Translations under genes and position numbers: made by a program
DNA from: Negaprion brevirostris
Taxonomy: Eukaryota
Direction: 5' to 3'
Assembly (NCBI GenBank): GCA_030324005.1
Contig: JARDVH010000084.1
Location: 39,949,063-40,013,062, forward strand
DNA: 64,000 nucleotides
The notes under the pieces: model-generated
The model's database searches: none
What the model saw: the letters and a program-made list of their open reading frames with translations, nothing else
What the model was told of the DNA's origin: nothing
In this document: piece after piece, positions 56,099 to 64,000 of the stretch
How the letters are laid out: the number at the start of each line of letters is the position of its first letter
How positions within the stretch are numbered: the stretch's first letter is position 1

Positions 56099-58389
56099 TA
56101 GTTAGAAAATGGATCAACTAACCGTTCATTTCTTGATGAGAGTCAACAGTATGAACTGAAGAAACTTTCCGTATACAAATCTTGTTAGATGTATAATTGA
56201 GAATACATCCAATTCAGTTTTTCAGGCTTCACAATTGCAAACATATACCGCTTCAAACAAAATATCAGTAACATTCATGACCTTTTAGCAAGAAACCTTA
56301 CTCTATCAATATTTTCAAATAGAATCATGATATATTGAAAGCAAGATACAGAGATTCAAAATTATCAGCATATATGTATAGAGAAGGAGATATCAAGTCA
56401 ACATATATTAATTTTAAAAACTCAATGTAAGATTCTATTTTCAAATAATACAGGCACTGTCGGGATCTATTGATTTCGGTTTTGACGTCTCTTTAAGGGC
56501 GTTTCAGTGCAAATGTCTAAATGTAAGACAGGCCTAGATGAGATGATTTTTCATACTCCATAACAGATTGCAATCAGTTTTATATTAACTACTATCAGAA
56601 TGCATCTCAATGGCATTTGTAATGATTATTGTAACTTTACATAAAGAATCAATCTAACTACATTTTGGAAATTGTATGCAAGGTCAAGTCCTATTTCTTC
56701 AAAGAGACTTTGATAAGTGGTTGAAAGAGCTACATAAGCGAAAACAAACTGATTAAACGAGGAACCATAGATTTGGTCCTAAAAGTTGTGAGAGGTATAA
56801 AAGGTAGGGGGCGTGATCTTATCTGCTGCTCCTGCTACGCTCCTGCTGCAGCGAGTTTGGAGAATTTGGCTGCTAGTCAAATCTCTGTTCACTGCAGCAG
56901 TATGCGAAAATCCCACTGGCATGTATGGTGATATGTTTCTGGCCAGGATGTAAATATGTTATTCAACTTGAACTGCACAGTAACACTAAGTAAGATTAAC
57001 ACAAAACTTAGATGTTGCAAAGTTGTAATTTAGAAGCATTTCACTTGTACAGAGTAGTGGATCGGTAGTGTAGAGCTCAATCAAAACTGCTGTAGAAATG
57101 CGCTAGATGAATGATAACTAAATATTTGTTCAAAAGAGACCTGAAAATCAGAAGGACAGATATAAAGTGTTACAGTTATGAGGTTTATAAGATTGTTATG
57201 TTTTCTAGTTCTGCCTTTAAATTTAAGGAAAAATATAGAAAGTCATGTGATCTGTTTTGAAGTCAGCCGAACAGTAAGCCTGGGTGGTTCAATTGTTAGA
57301 GATCAAAGGAAGTTACAGACTGTTTGCTGGAAAGGTATTTATACTGGTGGTAATGGCAGCAACCTATGTATTAACAGTGGAGACTGTAAGCCTCCAGAAT
57401 ATCTAAAAATGTTAAGATGTTAGGTAAATATTCTGCTTTAAACTATCCCATTGATTTCAAAATAAAAAAAATTGAGTACTCAAAAATAGTTAATTCTCAT
57501 TTCTACATAGATACAAGGCCTGTGTGATTCATATTGTAATAGGGAAGGATTTAGAGGAAGCTATTATAAAAATCAGGTTATAATTCTTTCTGGAATATCA
57601 CTGAACATCACAGACAACTTTGCCTGGACCTGGGTAGGGGAAGAAGCTAGCAACTAAAATATTTCGATGGTTTGTCATGTAGGAATGTGGGTGGTGCTCA
57701 GATAGGAAAGGTCAAATTTGTCCTATGTTAAAACTGGGCTAAAATAATGGACTGGAGAAAAAAAACTTTGTTGTGAAAGACAGTCCTAAGATTGCTAGTT
57801 ACCAGGCTGAGACAAGAAAAGAACAGGAACAAACCCTTTGGAGCTAAGAATCAATTGGGAGTGAATGTGAGAAATTTGAATGTCCACATAAAGGACAGTG
57901 TAATATATAGCTGTGAAGCATATTTTCTCAGTTGAGCTAAGAATAAGGAGGTATTCTACTCTCTGGTTTAAAGTACAAATTACCAACAAAGGTGTTATTT
58001 AGCTTTCAGCCATTTGTTACAGTAAATCATGAAATTTTGTCATGTCATTCTGTCATAAGAAGTTGGAGTTTATTTTTGTAAGTTATTTGTCCCCACAGGA
58101 ATTGTAGCATGTTTAAACTTGGAGAATACACTATTTCCTATACAGTGTGATCTGTAATTCAATGCTGTGACATTATTGGGATCTTCAAAATATGGACTAT
58201 AAATTGGAATTAATAAACAGGATGGTTCAAAATTGTGCATAGTTTTATTGTAGGTGAGCTGTGTTGCTCAGCAGATTGAAGTAGTTGAGTGCCTCCATAA
58301 AAGTGCAATCAGTCATTGTGAGGGACTGTATTTGATTTACCTAATGGCTGTTCCCATTCTCTGTTAATGCTTTTGTGTTTCCATACACA

Positions 58390-60225
58390 TAAACATAGAA
58401 TTTTAGATTGTTTACTGCACAGAAGGAAGCAATTCAGCCTGTCATGTCAGTACAAGCTCTCTGCGAGAGAAATTCAGCTAGTCACACTCCACCACTCATT
58501 CCCTGGAGTGCAGTGACTTCATCTCTTCAAATAATCATCCAATTCCCTTTTGGGCCATGATTGTATCTGCATCCAGCAACAGCCATGCATTCAAGATGCT
58601 AGACATACGCTGCATACAAAAGTTTTTTCGCATGTTGCCTATGGTGTGTTGGTCATTCATATTAAATCAATGCCAATGTTCTCAACTGTTACACAAATGG
58701 AAACAGTTTCTCTTTATCTGCTCTGTCTCAACCCCTCATAATCTTGGACACCTCTATCAAATATCCTATCAACCTTTCTCTTCTATAGGGACAACAACCT
58801 CAGTTTCTCCAATCTATTCCTTGGGATCATTCTAATAAATCTTTTCCGCACTCTTGCCTTCAGATTCTTCCTGAAGTGTGATACTCAGAATTGGACAAAA
58901 TAATTAAGTTGAAGCAATGTTCAATAAAGATTCACCATAACATCCTTGTTTTTGCACTATATGTTACTAGTTATGAAGCACAGGATTCCTTATTAACCAA
59001 GTTCTCAACTTGTCCTGCCACCTTCAATGATTTGTGCATATATCTCTGCTCCTGCATCCTCTTTAGAATTGTATTGTTTATTTTGTTTTGCCTCCCCTCA
59101 CTCTTTCTATCAAAAAATATATTTCACATTTCTGTGCATTAAATTTCATCTGCCACAAATTCACCCATTCTACAAGCCTGCCTGTGTCATCTGAATTCTA
59201 TCACTGCCTTTCTCATGGTTCACAATGCCCCCCAGGTTTTGTGTCAGCTGCAAACTTCGAAATTGTCCTCTGCATCCTCGGGTGTAGGTCATTAATATAA
59301 TCAAGAAAAGCAGTGATTCCAGTACCCACTGCTGGGAATCCACCTCCCTCCAGACCAAAAAACAACCTCTCATCATTTATCTCTGCTTCCTGTCACTCAT
59401 CAATTTTATATCCATATTGCTATTATCCATTTTATTCCATGGGCTTTAACATTGTTGACAAGCTTGCTACGTGGCATTTAATCAAATCACTTTTGGAAGT
59501 ACATTTACATCACATAGCTGCATTGCCCTCATAAATGCTGTCTGTTACCTCATCAAAAAAAATCAATCAAGTTGATTTGTGTTTGACATATCTGAGATTG
59601 GTCTTCCTTAATTAATCCATACTTGTCCAAGTACTGGTTAACTTTCTCCTAAAAGCTTTCCCACCACCAAGGTTAAACTGTTTGGGCTTTCAGGTACTGG
59701 GCTCATCCACACCCTAATTTGAACAAAGGTATAACATTTGTAATTCTGCCATCCCCTGGCGTGGCCTCTGTATCTGAGAAGGATTTGAAAATTATGGCTA
59801 GTGTCTCTGCAATTTCCATCATTACTTTCTTCGATATCTTCAGAGATATGAATCTCATGTGATCCTGGTGTTTTATCAACTTTGATACAATCACCTTTCA
59901 AAAACTTCCTCCTTTTCAATTTTTTGTCCATCCAGTGCCTCATCTACCTTGTCTTTCTCTATGACTTTGACATATGTTCCTTGGAAAAGGAGGCAGCGAA
60001 GTGTTCAGTTATTACCATAGCTATATTTTTTGCCTCCTTGTAATAATCCTCCTTTTGGTCTCTAATCAGCTCCATCCCTTCTTTTATAACCCGTCACAGA
60101 ATTATATACCTGCAGAAGACTTATTGATTCTGTTTAATGCTCATTGCTGTTCTCTTCTCATACCCTCTCATTGCTTCTCTTTTTTTTTCACTTTCTCTCT
60201 GAACTTCTACATTCAGCCTAGTTCA
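58390..60225 (-). mobile_element. Degenerate CR1/HER1-type LINE, ~1.8 kb (RT to 3' UTR)
   Basis: Minus ORF pieces KTPGSHEIH and LAIIFKSFSDTEATPGDGRITNVIPLFK (CR1 IFQSSLDTGxVPEDWRxANVTPLFKKG), an SKFAADT-like site at ~59250, and a tail at ~58390. Confidence 0.85.
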
Positions 60226-61694
60226 CCAAGAAATGGATCCCACATTTTAAAAGTTGAATCTCCCATTGAAAAAGCTTTGGTTTCAATGCTTAATCACTAT
60301 TTACCTTTTCTCTCCTCCTAATCTGCTTAATACTGATGGTGCCCCACACTATGGGCATTGACATTTCTTCTAGTGTTCAAAGCAAGAAAAAACTAACATA
60401 ATCATTTGTCTATTTCAACTGACAATGTAGTACAATAAAAATGGTATATTTATAGTTCAAAATGTTGACAGTGAAATGTCAAAGAAAAGCATATTTTTGA
60501 CATATTTCAAAGTTGGACTTACATATAATTATATTTGGGAGTGTTGATCATTACTCTGACAAAGGATTCCAAAATAGGAGGTGATTGAATAGCATAGGAA
60601 GGAAAGATAGTGAAAGAATTGGGAAAATATAACAAGTAGAGAAAACAGACAAAATACATCACAAATTTAAAAGAAAGAGGTAAAAAGAAGCTCCCAAGAA
60701 GATTATAAAGATTTGTTTACTATAAGGATTCACACGGTGCATACCAGTAGTATTAGAATGGGATCTTAGTATTGTACTAGATACAAGAGAAAAGCTTCTG
60801 GAAGCCTGAATTTGCAAAGAAAACAATCAAAGCAGTATGTACACAGGAAACTTGGCAATGAACTGGATGGTGAACCACATACTTTTGCATCATTTAGATG
60901 GTTATCACTTGTGGTGATATGGTTCTAAGACTTTAGCACCTGCGTTCAATCCACATCCAACTGAAGTGTGATTAGCAAAGCGCTGCATGTCACGACCTGG
61001 GAACAAGAGTGCCTTTTACTAATTTGAGCACAAATTCTGTTAATATGATATAGGTTGAAAAACCCAACCAAAATAAGCCTTAATAAAAAAAATTACTGAA
61101 ACGCACACCTGTTACTCAGATAGGGACAATGCTTGAGTATAATCTCCCACGACGGTCTGAGAAAAGAGCTTTTCTATACTACTAGGTAATTACAATATCC
61201 CATTCTGTAACAGATTGTTACTGGGCCAGGAATAGCAACCTCCAGAACTAATGAATAAACAACAAATGCTAGCATATCCCCTTTCTGAAATGTTATCGTC
61301 CTCTCTAATGGCATGAAATATAGGCCTCGCTGTAAGCACAAGGAATAAAATGGAATTAGATTTGTTCAGTACTTCTTCATTTGAATGATATTCAGGTTCT
61401 CAAAGGACCAAAATTAAATGATATAAAAAGCCTTCTACATGTCTTTGCAATATGCTTGACTTCTCCTTTATAAGCATCAAATTCTTTTCATGATATTTTA
61501 CTTAAGAAGTATTTGTGTCCTGGGTTTTGTATTGCCTATTGTATCTCTGGAATTTAACTTGGAGTTTATGATTGTCAAAGGCATTTCTGTTTTCAGCAGC
61601 TTAGTTAAGTTTAACAATTACAATGAGATGAATGAATGTAAAAGGTGAAGGAAAGTTGGGTGTGTTGCAGTTATGGAAATAACTCACTTATACA

Positions 61695-62165
61695 CAAAGA
61701 AGGTTCACTTGTTTGATTCCTGAGATGAGGGTTTTATCTTTCGAGAAATAGTTGGATAGGTTGGGCCTATATCCATTGGAGTTTAGAAGAATGAGATTAT
61801 TGAAAAATATAAAATCCTCTGGGGGGGGGTGTTGACAGTCAATGCTGAAAGGATGTTTCCCCTTGTGGGTGAGGCCAGAAATAGGGAATACAATTTAAAA
61901 ATAAGGGGTCTGTTACTTAAGGTAGCAATGAAGACAAATGTTTTCTTTCAGAACATGTGGAACTCTCAAAGATGTTCAGTGACCCGAGAGGCAGGGTCAC
62001 AGAATATTTTTGAGGTAGAGGTACATAGATTCTTGACTAACGTGGCAATCAAAGATTATTGGGGGTAGGCAGGATAATGGTGTTGAGGCCACAATCAGAT
62101 CATCCAGGAACTTACTGAATGGAAGACCAGGCTTGAAAGGCCAAATGGCTTATATTCCTATGTTT
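61695..62165 (+). mobile_element. CR1-type LINE 3' fragment
   Basis: ORF ERMFPLVGEARNREYNLKIRG...FFQNMWNS...IFEVEVHRFL, followed by a CR1 3' UTR (gaatgga...caggcttgaaaggccaaatggc). Confidence 0.85.
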
Positions 62166-63009
62166 TCAATGCTTCAAGGCATATAATTTGTTCATCTACA
62201 TTATTTGCATTCAGATTAGTGGTGTATTTGAATACAAATAGAAAGGAAATTTTGGGACATTCTGTTTTTCCGCAGTGATCCACTTGTTCTTTTTGGGTTA
62301 GTTTCAATGACTCCTAATCAGTCTTAAAATTAAATACAGGAAGAGATAGTGGTGACTGAAAATGAAATGATCAAACAGGTTACANNNNNNNNNNNNNNNN
62401 NNNNNNNNNNNNNNNNNNNNNNNNNNNNNNNNNNNNNNNNNNNNNNNNNNNNNNNNNNNNNNNNNNNNNNNNNNNNNNNNNNNNTAAAAAATAAACTTTA
62501 TTTTTCTTATAGTAATGTCATGGTCATTCAAAACACATTAGACAATGCACATTACAAAATGATACAGCAACAAAAGTGTTTGTGACATGGGATGTGAGGG
62601 CACAAGTCAAATGACTGATACAATTGTTTTATTAGGATCTCTGACAGAAATTAACCAGGATTATAGCTCTTAATTATTAGTTAGTGGGAAGGCATAATGA
62701 TATTTTATAGAAGAAAGTCTTGCTGCATTGTGCCAAATGTTTTGACTCCTCTGTGCTGCATCGCACATTTTGGTTTCTTTTGATTCTGTAACACAGGACT
62801 GGGCTGGTGTACATTAAAATTTAAACCAGTCAACTTGCTTCTGTAAAAAGGCATCCTGCAACGCTGTGACAAGCATACGCCAATTCTGTGCCCACATTTT
62901 ACATTTTCTTCAGTCAAGAAGCACACAATACACTGGAGTCATTGAGGCAATGCAAACAAATGGTCAGTTGTCAGCAACTCAAAGTCACACTCAACAAAGA
63001 TTATTGGAG

Positions 63010-63995
63010 CCATTCTCTGGCCCTGCATGTTCCAGCACAAGTCATGTTACAGTCGGAGAATCACACCAGATGGGCCAAATGCAATTTGCATTGAGAAGAA
63101 CCTCTTTTGGGATTCTCCCAACCCCTCCGCCTCCACAGAGATGCCCTGGCTAGGCGTGACCCAAATTAACATACTTAAATCTGTATTTAAATATGCAACC
63201 CCGGGTTGTACCCAGATTCACCAGGCTCCCAGTATTCACCAGGAACGAGAAGGTGGCAGAAATTACTACTGGTCTCCATGAATGGTGTAAGCAGGCGTGA
63301 TGGTCACATCGGGTGATCTTGGAGTCCATGGCAGCCCCTGGGTGATCAGAGACAGAGCTGGGCAGTGCCCCCTGGCAGTTGGCACTGCCAGTGTGGCATT
63401 TAACGGGGTGTGTGAAATAGGTGGGGCCCAAAAGGTCTCCCTGAAGGAGGCGAGGCCCAAAAGGGGTCCCTGACGGGCCTGTGACTTCATGACAGGAGAT
63501 TGCTCACTTGGGGCAAGTGAGGTGGGGGGGAGCACTGGTGGGGTCACCTTCATGCCTGTGTGGTGTTGGGGGGTGGTGTTGATCTTGACACTGAGCGATG
63601 GAGGTATGGTTATTCCTCCGGGGGTAAATGGTTGGCGATGTCCTCCATGTCAGTAGGGTGGTGGAAGGGGTTGCAATAACAGGGAATCTCAATCTCTGAG
63701 GAGACAGCCTCGCCAACGTCTTTCAGTCCCACACTCCTGTTTGTTGGCTGATAACTTCCCAAGCTCCAAAACAAAACTAAATGTGGGTGAGTTGCGATCC
63801 GGAATGCGCTGACCCACCAGGTGGAATTCTCACCGCTTTTCCCACCAGTGATAACTCTTGTGCCGGCCTTCTCCAATCTTAGTCGCCCCGCCACTGCTGC
63901 CAGTGAGAATGGAAAATTGGGCGCTAGGCCAAATCGCCACCCCACTGCAGCAGGACCGGAGAATCCTCGCTGCTGGTGAGGTTGGAGATTCCAGC
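63010..63995. mobile_element. GC-rich cluster of probable non-autonomous DNA element remnants
   Basis: Composition shift plus repeated terminus-like motifs (cattctctgg, ggagaatc, gggattctcc, ggtggaattctc, ggagattccagc). No transposase ORF recognised. Confidence 0.45.
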
Positions 63996-64000
63996 TCTGT

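Overview
This is vertebrate genomic DNA from a cartilaginous fish, most likely a shark: it carries HE1/V-SINE-like, CR1/HER1-like, L2 and Penelope-type repeats and is a gapped scaffold. The only protein-coding gene I can support is the 5' part of NFIA (nuclear factor I A) on the minus strand. It comprises coding exon 1 (MYSPLCLTQ, 29205-29231), a ~5.8 kb intron 1, the 532-nt exon 2 encoding the NFI DNA-binding/dimerisation domain (22914-23445), and a very long intron 2 that runs off the left end. Apart from decayed retroelement fragments, the other listed ORFs look like noise. The promoter lies in a ~34 kb almost transposon-free block that overlaps an AT-rich but CpG-retaining domain, while both flanks are full of old retroelements and MITEs. 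The best leads concern NFIA regulation: (i) a 5' leader with two AUG-stop elements and a strong-context 27-aa uORF whose stop overlaps the main AUG (TAATG); (ii) two extra in-frame micro first exons (MSFLS and MAM/M); (iii) an intronic poly(A) site just after exon 2 that would give a DNA-binding-domain-only isoform; (iv) a candidate recursive-splice/poison micro-exon in intron 2. Other leads are hammerhead-ribozyme-like cores in Penelope-type palindromes and a 69-nt near-perfect hairpin. All of this was read by eye with no database searches, and repeat boundaries are approximate.
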